Origin: Octopus sinensis
Taxonomy: Eukaryota
Assembly: GCF_006345805.1 (NCBI RefSeq)
Contig: NC_043022.1
Coordinates: forward strand, 13,454,001-13,518,000
DNA length: 64,000 nucleotides
Direction: 5' to 3'
Position 1 is the stretch's first letter. Every line of letters starts with the position of its first letter. Under the pieces are notes generated by a model. It was not told where the DNA came from and did no database searches. It worked only from the letters and a program-made list of their open reading frames with translations. Both the position numbers and the translations under genes were made by a program. Shown piece by piece: positions 1 through 14,200 of this stretch.

Positions 1-304
1 CGTTAACCAAACATTAAAAAGGAGGGAACAACTTAGAAGCAAAGCAGTTTCAGCTGATATGTGCCGTCAGTCAATAGTTGTGGTTGATTTCTTATGAGCT
101 TAGCTTCACAGTCAGGTGACAGTTACCTCTCTTGTATCTAATGCTGATAAGAACTTAAGACTTTGAAATGCATGCGTCCATCTGAGGGTGCTTTAAGCTG
201 GTTCTGGTGTTTTACACCTTCTGTCTCGTGAGAATTCTTTTTTTTTCCTCTATGACAAACTGCATTGAAAAGCGTTTTACAGGTTCAAATATTTCTCAAA
301 CATA

Positions 305-686
305 TCAGCTGTGATCCCTGTGTCGGTGGCAAATAAAAAGCACCATCTGAACATGGCCGATGCCAGCGCCGCCTAGACTGGCTTCTGTACTGGTGGCACG
401 TAAAAAGCACCACCCGAATCGTGGCTGGCTTTCGTGCCGGTGGCACGTAAAATGCACCAATCCAATCGTGGCCGTTGCCAGCCTCACCTGGCACCTGTGC
501 AGGTGGCACGTAAAAAGCACCCACTACACTCATGGAGAGGTTGGTGTTAGGAAGGGCATCTAGCTGTAGAAACACTGCCAGATCAGACTGGAGCCTGGTG
601 CAGCCTTCGGGCTTCCCAGGTCCCCAGTCGAACCATCCAACCCATGCTAGCATGGAGAACAGACGTTAAACGATGATGATGATGAT
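305..686 (+). mobile_element. Representative copy of the abundant GGTGGCACGTAAAAAGCAC...GTTAAACGATGATG repeat (RTE 3' UTR derivative); roughly 20+ copies across the window on both strands
   Basis: Same sequence as 49980-50266; other copies at ~1110-1500, 6790-7160, 7500-7775, 22680-22968, 27870-28190, 28620-28872, 34195-34480, 43940-44370, 61120-61376. Confidence 0.85.
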
Positions 687-1599
687 CAGAATTAATATTA
701 CCAGATTTTCTGGCATAAAAGTTGAATTTTCCTGACTCAAATTTACAGCCAAAAAAGGTAGGTCAACTTACTCACAGCAACAACTTTGAGTGACAATGGT
801 TAAATATTTGCAATACAAACTGGCCACTCCATCAGTTAGGATGACAAGGGTTCCAGTTGATCCAATCAACAGAACAGCTTGCTCGTGAAATTAACAGGTA
901 AGTGGCTGAGCACTCCACAGACACGCATACCCTTAACAGCATGACACAGAATAAGTTATCCCTTTTCAATTACAGGTACAATTCATTTTTGCCAACTGAG
1001 TGGACTGGAGCAATGTGAAAAAGAAAGTGTCTTGCTCAAGGATTGAACTCACGACCTTACAATCGTGAGCCAAATGCCCTGTTGATTCGCATGGTAGAAA
1101 ATATACAGTGCCACCTGACTGGCTCCCATGCTGGTGGCATGTAAAAAGCACCATCCGAATGTGGTTGATCCCACGTCCGCTTAACTGGCTCCTGTGCAGG
1201 TGGCACATAAAAAGCACCAACCAAATGTGGCCGATGCCAGTACCCACAGAGTGGCTCCCATATCTGTGGCAAGTAAAAAGCACCATCTGAAAGCAATCAA
1301 TGCCAGCCCCCTCGCCCCGACTGGCTCCTGTGCTGGTGGCACGTAAAAAGCACCCACTACACACTTGGAGTGGTTGGCATTAGGAAGGGCATCCAGCTGT
1401 AGAAACCTTGCCAGATCAGATTGGAGCCTGGTGCAACCTCCTGGCTCGCCAGTCCTCAGTCAAACCATCCAACCCATGCCAGCATGGAAAACGGACGAAT
1501 ATGAATAAATAAGCATTACATCTAACAGAGTATTCTGGATGCGAAACGTTAAATAATTAAAACAATAAAAAACAGAAAAAAAGGCACAGTTCTACCCAC

Positions 1600-1790
1600 C
1601 TTGAACTCTCGCATTGACTGATATAAACGGCCCAAGTTGCCATAATGTTTGGCTGTCTGTACGTTGCTTTCTCCGAATGCGTTGATGGCCAAGTTGAGAG
1701 ACTGGACATGCAATTCCTTGGCTTCGGACAGCAATGGCTCTCGCACACTTTTATCCTCATTGTCAATTGCTATTTCCTCAAGAATCAAAG
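1600..1790 (-). CDS. APPBP2: APPBP2 coding exon 12 (191 nt)
   Basis: tgtAG|ALILEEIAIDNEDKSVREPLLSEAKELHVQSLNLAINAFGESNVQTAKHYGNLGRLYQSMREFK|GTGGGT. Confidence 0.94.
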
Positions 1791-4700
1791 CTACATACAA
1801 AAAAAAAAAATCAAATAAATACATAGTAAAATATTTATTTTTATTTATAGGCAAAAAGACAAATTGAAATGTAAGGGATAAATTGATTGACCCTTTTGTT
1901 ACCAGATTTTCATTAAAATATACTGCCTTCGTTTCAATTACTAAAAACTTGCATCAAAATTTTATGCTATTTTACGTTCCAAACTGAAAAGCTCTATCTG
2001 CGACAATTTCATCTCAATCGAAGGAGAGGGGCTTTCTCCATCCGGGTTGCAGGTCCGTGGAATAAGCTGCCGGACGAGATAGTGAAAATGCCGACGACCG
2101 CTCGGTTCAAATTCTCCCTTGACCACAAATGGCCTGAACTCTTTGCATGAACACCCTCCCTGTACATAACTCCATCTCCCCTTACATGGCCTCGCTTTTT
2201 GCTTTTTGAGCCAAAAAATTAACTTAACTATATCAGGACAATCACCCCCAATAGAACAATTTCCTCCGACGACAACTAACCCCTAGGACTATAACTCCCT
2301 CTCCAATATATTAAGAAGTTTTATATCATCATCTGTTGTCCTCTGGAGTAAATGTCCTAGACTCGTTCCAAATACCAGCTTAATAACGATGTCATTTTAC
2401 TAAATTCTTCATTATTTTCAAAATAAATTGAAATAAATGTTGTATATTTTCAACAGAGTTATGGTAACAAAAGGGTTAAAGTGATCTTAATTAAAACCAT
2501 CCATCAAAAATCTCGTTAATTTAGATCACTTTGACCTTTTTGTTAGCATACATCTGTTGAAATACACTTTGTTACAATTAATTTTGTAAAAAAAAAAAAT
2601 TGAAGACTTTAGTGAAATAGTCATTATGAAGTTGGTGTTTGGCATGAAGGGAAGGCTTTAATTTAGATCGCTTTGAAACAGATATTTAGTGTTACAGGAC
2701 TAGGGGTGGTCATGGATAGATTGGTATGAAGAGGGTTAGAGCCCGGTATTTTACAGATTTTACAAAATAAATACAAAGAACTTAAAATTATACTCTACCA
2801 TTACTGATGACCTATGTAAGAGAATCAGGACTTCAACTGATTACACACAGACATAATGGGTGCCTGCATGGTTGCATTCAACTAAATTCCATCCATGAGG
2901 CACCGACCAACCATTTCTACAGCTGTCCACCACTCTCTTCCACTCATCAACAAACATCCATCTACCATCAGTGTTTCTCTCCCATTACCTCCTGCCATTA
3001 CTCTCTCTCTCTCTCTCATTATTCCTTGCTATCACTGTCATTTCTTTCAGCAGTCCTGACTACACACACAGAGCAATACTTATATGCAATTCTGTGTGTG
3101 TATTTGTGAAGCGCTAATTTTTACTCCTCCCTCAGTTCTAGCCAGTGGGTTGTGGTCATATCAAGGGACCATCGTCCACTTTTATTGAAGGGAGACTCAC
3201 CTTTAACTCTCTTTGATGAAGATAAGAGGAGATGGTCGCTTGGTAAGATTTTCAACAGAATCTCGATCGCCTTCTCAGCATGACGTCTGGAATAAAAGAA
3301 GAAAAAAAATGAAGAGAAACAATGAAATTCAATTCTCTTTTAATGGATTCTTAACTTTCTGGTTTATCTTTTGCTTTTCATTTGTTTCAGGCATTGCACT
3401 GCGGCCATGCTGGGGCAATGCCTTGAAGTATTGTAGCCAAACAATCAAAGTATTTATTTTTTTAAGCCCGGTATCGATTCTATCATTCTGAACCACTGAC
3501 TTACAGGATGCAAATAAACCAGCACAGGTTGTCAAGCAGTGGCAGGGGACAAACACGGACACACAGATATAAACGTATATATCTATATGTATACAACAGA
3601 CTGGGATTCGATTCGTTTGACTAAAGAGTCTTCTAGACAGTGCTCCAGCATGACCACAGTCTGATGACTGAAACTAAAGAATAAGTTTAACCCTAACACC
3701 AAGGCAGCCGAGCTGGCAGAAACGTTAGCACGCTGGGCAAAATGCTTTGTGGTATTTCGGCCACTGCTGCGTTCTGAGTTCAAATTCCACCGAGGTCAAC
3801 TTTGCCTTTCAAGGTTGATAAATTAAGTACCTATTTCTTTACTACCCACAATGGGCTAAACACAGAGGGGAGAAACAAGGACAGACATAGGTATTAAGTC
3901 GATTACATTGACCCCAGTGCGTAACTGGTACTTAATTTATCGACCCCGAAAGGATGAAAGGCAATGTCAACCTCGGCAGAATTTGAACTCACAACGTAAT
4001 GCAGATGAAATACCGCTAAGCATTTCGCCTGGCGTGCTAACGTTTCTGCCAGCTCGCTGATAAATTAAGTACCAGTTATGCACTGGGATCGCTGTAATCG
4101 ACTTAATCTGTTTGTCCCCTCTATGTTTAACCCCTTGTGGGCAATAAAAAAAAATACGAAACTAAAGAATAAGAATAAAAAGTAAACACGTGTCGATGTA
4201 ATCAACTTACACCACCCTTAAAATTACTGGCTTTGTGTCCCAAAATTTGAAACCATTCTTATTTCTGGATGAACACCACAATAAATGTCCTTTTGTAATG
4301 CATTTACATTGAGTATGATACACAAATGGCTATTTTAATCTAATACTTGCTTATGTTGCATGCAATTGATTTTTATTCAAGCAGGTGGCTAATTGCAACA
4401 TCAGTGATTTTTGCCCGGCATGCAAACGATTCTGCAAGCTCACAGCCCTAGAAGTAATAATAATGATCCTTTCTAAAATGAGGAGGAAAGGGGGGGGGGT
4501 AAATTGATTACATCAACCCCAGTATCCAACTAGTACGTATTTCATCAACCCCCAAAAGGATGAAAGGCAAAGTCAGCCCTGGTAGAATTTGAACTCAAAA
4601 TGTCCAGCCAAAAGAAATGCCGCAAAGCATTGTGCCCAGCATGCTAACAATTCCATCAGCCTTCAAAGTAATAATAATAATTATAATTATTTTTATATAC

Positions 4701-5266
4701 ACACACACACACATACATATACATGTACACACATACATATATACATACACACACATATATATAGGCACAGGTATGGCTGTGTTGTAAGAAGTTTGCTTCC
4801 CTACTACATACATGGTTCTGGGTTCAGTCCCACTGCGTGGCACCTTGGGCAAGTGTCTTCTACTATCGCTTCAGGCCAACCAAAGCCTTGTGAGTGGATT
4901 TGGTAGACAGAAACTTAAAGATTCCCAAGTAAAAGAATAAAAGAAATATATATATATATATATTTTCAGCAAAAATTTAGATTCAAATGAATCTGGTACT
5001 TAATTTAGATGCACCAGAATTCTGTATGGTGTTATCCATAAAAATCCGTTGGGGAGATTATAATCAAAATAAGCAACAAGAATGACTCCGGTAATTTGGT
5101 ACGATCGTTTCGTACTACATCATTTTATTAAATGTTGTAAGTACTCAGGATTTTAAATCTGTTGTAATACTTACAACATTTAATAAAATGATGTAGTACG
5201 AAACGATCGTACCAAATTACCGGAGTCATTCTTGTTGCTTATTTTGAATATATATACATACATACA

Positions 5267-5299
<33 letters not shown>

Positions 5300-8200
5300 G
5301 AGAGAGAGAGAAAGCAAGGAAAGGAGACAAAGATAGAAAAGCTTTTAAGAAATGTGTGAATGTTGCCAGTTAATAAAACAAATGCAAACTCACTGAGCAT
5401 CTTTGAAGTTCCCTGAGCTGTATTCATGGACATATGATGCGTATGCTAAGTCCTCGTGTGCCACAGCAACGTGAAAATTGTTCCCACCAAAGACAGACAG
5501 ACGAATATCTAGCGCCATCTGGTGGAGTTAGACAAAGAGAAAAATTAAAAATTAGAAATAAAAAGAAAATCATGTCAATAAAAAACGATGAAAGCATTTG
5601 TGAGCTGAGCATGAGTGTTGGGTAACCTTTAATAGGGACCCTCATGGAGGCAAAGGGGCTGAGCTCCCTTCAAGTGTTGGGCCTCACAGAGGCAATGACC
5701 AACACCTCTGGCATTATGTTATGCTTGAGAAGGAGACCCATCAAGCTGAGCAAAATTGCAGTCGTGACAGATACTGGTGTCTCGCAAATGGCACCCATGC
5801 CGGTGGCACATAAAAGCACCCATTACACTCTCAGAGTGGCTGGTATTAGGAAGGGCATTCAACCATAGAAAAACCGCGCCAAATCAGACTGGGGCCTGGC
5901 GCAGCCTTCCAGCGTGCCAACCCAGTCAAACCGTCCAACCCCTGCCAGCATGGACAACAGACATTAACCCTTTCGTTACTGTATTTATTTTGAGATGCTT
6001 TCTGTTTCTTTCTATTACTTTAAATATAACAAAGAATTTAGTAAAATGACTTAGTTGTCATTCAGCTAGTGTTAGGAACATAAATTGTGACTAAGGTTTG
6101 GTGGGAGATTTTAATTCAAAACTTATAAAGACAAGACATTTGTACTCAGAGCCAGAGCCGGTTTCAGCCGGGTTGGTAACAAAAGGGTTAAATGATGGTG
6201 ATGATGATGATGATGACTGCAGGCTCCCTATAATAGTCAACTCTGCAGAACGATTGGTGTTAGGAAGGGCATCCAGCTGTATAAATCCTGCCAAATCAGT
6301 CTCAGAAGCCTGGTGCAGGCTTCTGCCTGGCTGGCTCTTGTCAAGCTGTCCCACCCATGCCAGCATTTCCATTACCAATAAATCTAAAACTTTTCACAAA
6401 TCACTGCCACAAACAATACCTCAATGTAACATCATCATCATCATCACTATCTAATGTCCATTTTCCATGCTGGGCAGTTTAACAGGATCCAAAAGGTCAG
6501 AGAACTCTATTGTACTTCTTTTTTTTAAAAATCTTTTTTGTTAGCACCAGCACCAGTGAGGTTACCATGTCGCTCTCCTGACTAATATTCCAAAACCCCC
6601 ACCACCACCATTGATTAAGTGAGGATTCGGTAGAGAGGGAGGTAGATTTGAGGTAGATGATGATGATGAAAGGTGAAAATACAAAGGAAGAGGCCAGAAT
6701 AGAACAGGTTTCTGGCTGTAGAAAAGATTCGTGGTTAATCACATTACATTTATCCTTGTTTATCACTGATCCAGGATAAGATGGTACATCATCATCATTG
6801 TTTAACGTCCGTTCTCCATACTAGCATGGGTTGGATGGTTCGACTGGGGTCTGGGAAGCCAGGAGGCTGCACCAGGCTCCAGTCTGATCTGGCAGTGTTT
6901 CTACAGCTGGATGCCCTTCCTAACGCCAACCACTCCGTGAGTGTAGTGGGTGCTTTTTACGTGCCACCAGCACAGGGGCCAGAGGAGGCTATATATATAT
7001 ATATAATCATCGTTTAACGTCTGCTTTCCATGCTAGCATGGGTTGGACGGTTCAACTGGTTGTCTGGGAAGCCAGGGGCTGCGCCATGCCCAGTCTGATC
7101 TGGCAGTGTTTCTACAGCTGGATGCCCTTCCTAATGCCAACCACTCTGTGAGTGTAGTGGGTGCTTCTATATAAGAAAGCTTCCACACAGTTTCCTATTT
7201 GCTGACCCCAAGAAAGTATGCAAAATAGCTAATATTTCCTTCAAACTTTGCTTTTGTTACATTTATTCAAACCCCCAAAGAATCCCTCTCAACACAAGGC
7301 TGTGATGCTCCCTAACTACTACTTATCATTAGAGATGCACATATTCGTAATAAGCATAACATTGCAAGCCATGTTACGCTTATTACGAATTGATCCGTGA
7401 TGACATGTGTCAGCAATCAATCGAAGATTCTGCTTGGACTGAAAAAGCATGCCCCAGTGACCATCCGCAGTGCTTAGGTCAAATTGGGGTTTCAAATGCC
7501 ACTGCTACTTGACTGGCTCCTGTGTCGGTGGCACGTAAAAACCACCATTCAAGTGTCGTTGATGCCAGTGCCACCTGACTCCACTCCCATGCCAGCGGAA
7601 CGTAAAAAGCACCTGCTACACTCTCTGAGTGGTTGGCATTAGGAAGGGTGTCCAGCTGTAGAAACTCTGCCAGATTAAGATTAGAGCCTGGTGCAGCCTC
7701 CTGGCTTGCCAGTCCTCAGACAAATCATCCAACCCATGCCAGCATAGAAAGCGAACGTTAAATGATGATGATTATGAAAACGAAACTTATTCATTTAACA
7801 GTTTTTTTAATTTTTTAAAAATCAAATACCAGTAATTAATAAGGATTGCGGTCTACAAGAGTGAGTCGGAGTAATTAATTGCGGAGTTCGAAAGAGAAAA
7901 GACAAAACGACAAATCCTCAGATATGTTTTGTAAAGGTAAAATCCTCCACTGATAAAATTCTTACGTTGACAGCCACCATCATCATCATCATCATTTAAT
8001 GTCTCTTTTCCATGCTGGCATGGGTTGGACAGAAACTGGGGAGTCAGACAACTGTGGTGAGCTCTGATGTCTTTAAAACAAAATCAAAAGCTGGACAGCT
8101 TAGCTATCTCCGACGACGAAGTAAATGGCCAACATTTCTACGCTCCCTGGTTCCAATGGTGCAGGTAAGATTGGGAGATAAATAAATAAATAGAAACAAG

Positions 8201-11200
8201 TGCAATATGAAGCTTACCTGATAGACTTTTACAGAAGCTGCTACAGAGTCAACATTTAATAAATAAAAACCATAATCTTGCAATGTATCAGCATATTTGG
8301 GATGGCGCTGACCAAAATGTTCACTGGGGAAAAAAAAAAGAGAGTTTAAAAAATATCAAAAAAGAAATATCTATGTTTATTATTGTAATAAAGACACAGA
8401 GCTACAAATGCATGCACAAACATCATCATCATCATCATTGTTCGACTGTGGTTGAGACAATGGAATTTACTATGCTACGCCAGACTTCACGGTCCATCAT
8501 GGCATTAGGGAGGTCCTGTTGCTGGATGCCTGTATCCCTGGAGATTACATCAGGGTAGGAGAGTGTGCACCCTCTGGTATTGCGAGTAGATGGCTTCCAG
8601 AGGAGAAGAGTAGAAACTGCCTCGTTTTCAGCTATACAACAATGTCCAGTAAACTGGACTCTCCTACCTTTCACAAGAGATGACACAGGTGGTAGTTTCC
8701 CATATACCACAGACACACACGCACAGTCACACACACACACACATGCAAACGATCGCACGCACACACACACACACGCATGCAAACGGTCGCACACACACAG
8801 ATGGAGAGGGAGGAGGATAATGGTAAATGCCTTCATAGGAAAAACACAACAGTACACACGTACAACCTTATCTTTTCCCTCTCTACCAGCCCCCCCACCT
8901 CTCTCTCCTCCCCAAGATGAACACCTGTACTTACCTGGCATACTGAACTGCACTTTTGATTAGTTGTCCAGCCTTTCTGAATTCTCTTTTTACTACACAA
9001 GCCTGGAAGGATAAAGGTAACCAGATTTTAGCACAATAAGACACACAGACACACAGTCATCGAGTAGACCAGCGGTTCTCAACCAATTTTTGCCTGTAGG
9101 CCCCTTTGATTCCCATTTTACTCTCCTGGACCCTCATAGCCATTCGATGCATATAACAATAATCCCATTGCATTTTTATCATTAAGTAATTGTATAACAA
9201 AAAATATTAAAATATTTTCTGTACTGTAAAAGCAACAAAATCTTATATGGACCCGTAAGGGCCATAAGGACCCCAGTTGAGAACCACTGAAATAGACAAA
9301 AGGAAGAGAAATACTCATAAACAAAACAAATTTAAAAAAACAAGCAAAAAGAAAAAGGTACAGGGGTGAGTCAGTTTTTACCTACCTTCCCTTTCCCCAT
9401 TCTCCAATCGTTTGACCCCTGCCCCTTCTACACTTACAAAACTCCACCCATGCACACTCCTAATTCCTCTGTTCCAGCTCACTTTCACTCACCCTGTCAC
9501 TTAAGGGACCACCTGGACACACCTCATCACCAATGTTCATCTCTTTGCTGCTGCACTGACCCTTTCTTCTTCTAAATGTGAGAAGCCATGTAGCTCCATT
9601 ACAACAGGAACCTCCTTGCTTGCGCTCCCTCTTCTCTCATACTTTAACCCACCCCCTCATCATCATCATTTAACATCTGCCTTCCATGCCATCATGGCCA
9701 GACTCTTTGCAGCCACTTGATGTCAAGTATTGCCCTTCAGTATGTGAATTGGAGGCTGTCCACTTTTTCTTTCTTTACTACCCACAAGCGGCTAAACGTA
9801 GAGGTGACAAACAAGGACAGACAAACGAATTAAGTCAATTACATCGACCCCAGTGTGTAACTGGTACTTAATTTATCGACCCCAAAAGGATGAAAGGCAA
9901 AGTCGACCTCGGCGGAATTTGAACTCACAACGTAGCGGCAGATGAAATACCTATTTCTTTATTACCCACAAGGGGCTAAACGTAGAGGTGACAAACAAGG
10001 ACAGACAAACGAATTAAGTCGATTACATTGACCCCAGTGCGTAACTGGTACTTAATTTATCGACCCCGAAAGGATGAAAGGCAAAGTCGACCTTGGCGGA
10101 ATTTGAACTCAGAACGTAGCGGCAGACGAAATACCTCAAAGCATTTCGCCCGGCGTGCTAACGTTTGTGCCAGCTCGCCGCCACTGTCCACTTTTGTTAC
10201 TTTCCAGTTTTCACATCTGTAGAGAAATACCATAGAGAGACTCACAAGTCTCTATGGCTAGGAAGAAGATTAAGACGGTGGTGAGGGGGGACCTGGACAA
10301 ACTCTCAAGGTACCAGAAAGGGAGCACAAGAGAGGATATGGTCAGTGGATCAGGGGTGGAATGGGAGGGTGGGTTGTTTCAATTCTGCCAATTTGCCACT
10401 GTTAAGAACTGAAAGAGAGAGAAATGAGAAAAGAAAAGAAACTTTTGTCCTTACCTTGGCACATTGACGGAGAACATCAATTATCGTCTGGGAAAAGAAA
10501 GAGGAAAATTTCTTAAAAACAAGGGATACAAAAAACATTAAAAAAAACTTTTGTTTTACATCAATTACACTGTAAAACACTTGTTTTTTGTGTCTTTGGT
10601 CAGTGAGTGTTTTTTTCCATTTGCTTCTATCTAGAAATCAAAGGAAATGACTACTATTCCCTTCAAACTTTGCTTTTGTAAGCTGAACAACAACATTTTA
10701 AAACTGACCTATTTCCCATTACATTTCAGACAGATCCAGCGCTGAGTTGCTGAAGCAGAAATATCGTTATAGCAAATATTCTGCTCAATACCACAGATTT
10801 GCTTGTCAGTTGCTTAACCTTCATCGATGAGTATGTCCCTTAGTGGTTGATAATATGTGCATCTCTAGTGATAAGCAGAAGTAGTTTTGGGGAGCATCAC
10901 AGCCATGTGTTGAGAGGAATTCTTTGTGATTTGAATAAATGTAACAAAAGCAAAGTTTGAAGGAAATATTAGCCATTTTACATACTTTCTTGGGGTCAGC
11001 AAATAGGAAACTGTGTGGAAGCTTTCTTTGCTTTGTGGTCATGTGGTTTCAGCTTCAGTCCCACAGCACTTTGGCCAAGTGTCTTCTGTTATAGCCCTGG
11101 GTCAACAAATGCTTTGTCAGTGAATTTGATAGATGGAAACTGTGTGGAAACCTGTCATGTATGTGTGTGTGTGTGGTATAAGGAGCTTGCTTTACAGCCA

Positions 11201-14200
11201 CATGTTTTTAAGTTCAGTCCTACAGCAAGATACCATGAGCAAGTGCCTTCTCCTAAAGCCTTAGGGTTGGTCAATACCTTGTGAGTGAATTTGGTAGGCA
11301 GAAACTGTAAGGAATCCTGTCGTGTGTGTGGGTGTTTGTATTCGCCCCACACCAAACCCACCATTTCAAAAAACAGTGTTGAGCTTTTATAAAAGAAACA
11401 AATAGAATAAGCACCAGGTTTTTAAAAAAATAAGGACTGGGGTCAAATTGTTTGACCCTTTGAAGTGGTGCCCCAGCATGGTCACAGTCGAATGACTGAA
11501 ACAAGTAAAAGATAAACAGAAGGGAATGTAGAAAGCAACTTACCCTCGGTGATAAAACTGGTGTGAGTTGTTGAACAGCTAGATTGCAATATTTATACGC
11601 CTGTTACAAGGAGAGAGAGAAAAGAGAATTAATAAGCAGAAAGAAGCAATGAAAGTCGGGGAATGAGAGCCACACAATCTCCATTCCATTCCCTCATGCA
11701 CATCACAGCCCAGCATAATCTTATCTCCTAACAAAGAAGATTCACACTAAGGGAAGTAAGAGGACAACAGCAGCACCTGGTTCGCCTCAGGTGGGTTGGT
11801 GAAGATATTTGTTTAGGGCAGTGGTTTCTCCACCAGTTTTTTTACCTATAGACCCTTCTGCTTACTACTTTATTCTGGTGGATCTCCCTAACCACTCATC
11901 CAGTATTTTAAATCCAGGTTTTGTCCCTGTTAATGGGAGTGGCCTGATCTACCTCAATGCCATAGCAACTGCCCTCACACCATCTGGTTCAGAGTCTTCC
12001 CTTTTCAAACCAACTCCTCCACCTTTTCCCTCGGTCTACCTTGCTTTCGCACTCCATTTACCTCAAGCGCAATCACCTTCCTCAGAACATCCTCTTCGTC
12101 CCTCCTCAACACATGCCCATACTATTTTGTTTTTCAGACAAGATGACAAAGGACCAAGATACCTGGTGCTTTGCTGAACTCAAGAAAACCTGCCCTCCAC
12201 AGCAAAAGTGCATCCCCTGCTGAAAGGGATTTAGCTTGTAAGGGCCCTGTGCTGGTGCTATGTAAAAGGAACTCCTGCCAGCACCATGTGGGAGTACTCA
12301 TGCTGGTGCCACATTAAAAGCACCCAGTGCACACTATAAAGTGGTTGGCATTAGGAAGGGCATCCAGCCATAGAAGAACCAAGCCAAATCAGATTGGAGT
12401 CTGGGGCAGCTCTCCAGCTTGCCAGCTCTGGTCAAACTATCCAACCCATGCCAGCATGGAAAATGGATGTTAAAGATGAGGATGATGATGACATTAATTT
12501 GTGTAGGTTGAACTGTGTAAAACATTAGAGAAGGAAATTTAGCTGTTTCTTACAATAAATCCATCTAAAAGTAAAAATTTTTTTAATGGGCCCTTCATAA
12601 ACTATTGTGGAATTCCAATTTACTACTTTACTTGAGTGGACCCCAAAAATTTTATATCAACCCCCAGTTGAGAACTGCTGATTCCGGGTATTAGGGGAGA
12701 TAGAAGTAAAACGTGAGGAAAAAATGAAAGGGAGAGAGAGACAGACAGACAGACAGAGAGAATTGAAACCCGAGAGGCTGTGTTAAAGGGTGGAGTGATA
12801 AAGAAGGTGAGATAAGAGGATGAGAGAAAGAAATAGTGAGGCCAAGAGGCATGAGGTGTGTGACTAGATGTGTGTGTGTGAGACAAAAGATGTGTGTGTC
12901 ACATGAAGTGAGTGTGTGTGTGTATGTGTACAATACAAGGTGTGTGCATGTGTGTGTGAGAGAGAAGTGTCCAGCTGAGTGCAACAGGGCGAAAGGAAGT
13001 TTTTTTGTCTTAGATAGAGAGAAAGGGAGAGGGAGGAAGAAACATGCAAGGGAGGAGGAGGAAGAAACATGCAAGGGAGAGGGGGGAAGAAACATGCAAG
13101 GGAGGAGGAGGAGGAAGAAACACGCAAGGGAGAGGGAGGAAGAAACAGGCAAGGGAGGAGGAGGAGGAAGAAATACACAGGGGAGAGGGAGGAAAGACAA
13201 GAGATGAGAAACCCGATAGCAGTGATTGGGATTATCATTGATGAACATGAGGAGTAGTGAGAGAGATGAGTAAACAGTAAGGAAGAGAGAGAGAGAGAGA
13301 GAAAAGGCAATGAAAACCCCGCCACTAAAATGTGACAAAGTCCTGTTTTGAGTTATTTGCCCCTTAACATGCTTACCTGATCATACTGACTTTCTGCAAA
13401 AAATAAACCACAACATTCACCATACAACATGGCCTTATTCACCGATATGTTGGCCTGGTTCAGGATATTCAATATCTTAAAGGTTTCTTTGAAGGTTTCA
13501 TTGGCTTCTCTATATTTACAACTGGAATTCTGTACATGAAGTAATCTGGTAGAAATAAAGAGAAATAATAATAATAATACATAACAAGTAACTGCAGAAT
13601 ATGTGGAGATGGACAAGGAACAATAAATCATATCTCTCATCATCATCATCATCATTGTTCGACCGTGGTTGAGACAATGGAATTTACCATGCTACGCCAG
13701 ACTTCACGGTCCATCATGGCATTACGGAGGTCCTGTTGCTGGATGCCTGTATCCCTGGAGATTACATCAGGGTAGGAGGGCGTGCGTCCTCTGGCATTGC
13801 GAGTAGATGGCTTCCAGAGGAGAAGAGTAGAAATTGCCTCGTTTCCAGCTCTACAACAATGTCCAGCAAACTGAACTCTCCTACCTTTTTGCATTTTGGT
13901 TGGATGACGCTTCCACAAGAGATTTTGAACTCTCATAAGGAGGCGAGTGTAGGTTCCATCCAACTGCCTCTCAAGCTTCTTTGATAACGTCCAGGTTTCT
14001 GAGCCATATAGTAGAATTGGTTCAACTGTGGCTTTGAAGATTTCAAGTTTGAAGTCTCTACTGAGATTCGATGACCAGATCTTATGCATGTCATTACAGG
14101 CTGACCAGGCCATACCCTTTCTAGTTAGAAAATCTTTTCTAGATGATGATATGTATGACCCAAGATATTTGTAATCAGAAACCTGCCCAGTCCAGGCTAA

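Noticed and set aside
130-200. Possible next APPBP2 exon near the left edge
   Set aside because: I found no frame resembling the expected EAEEMH..AI.IKE..LG segment; that exon must lie outside the window.
3655-3680. CTGATGA...GAAA close together (possible hammerhead)
   Set aside because: A variant of the SINE tail hairpin CAGTC-AAAT-GACTG-AAAC; no stem I, II or III or UH site can be formed.
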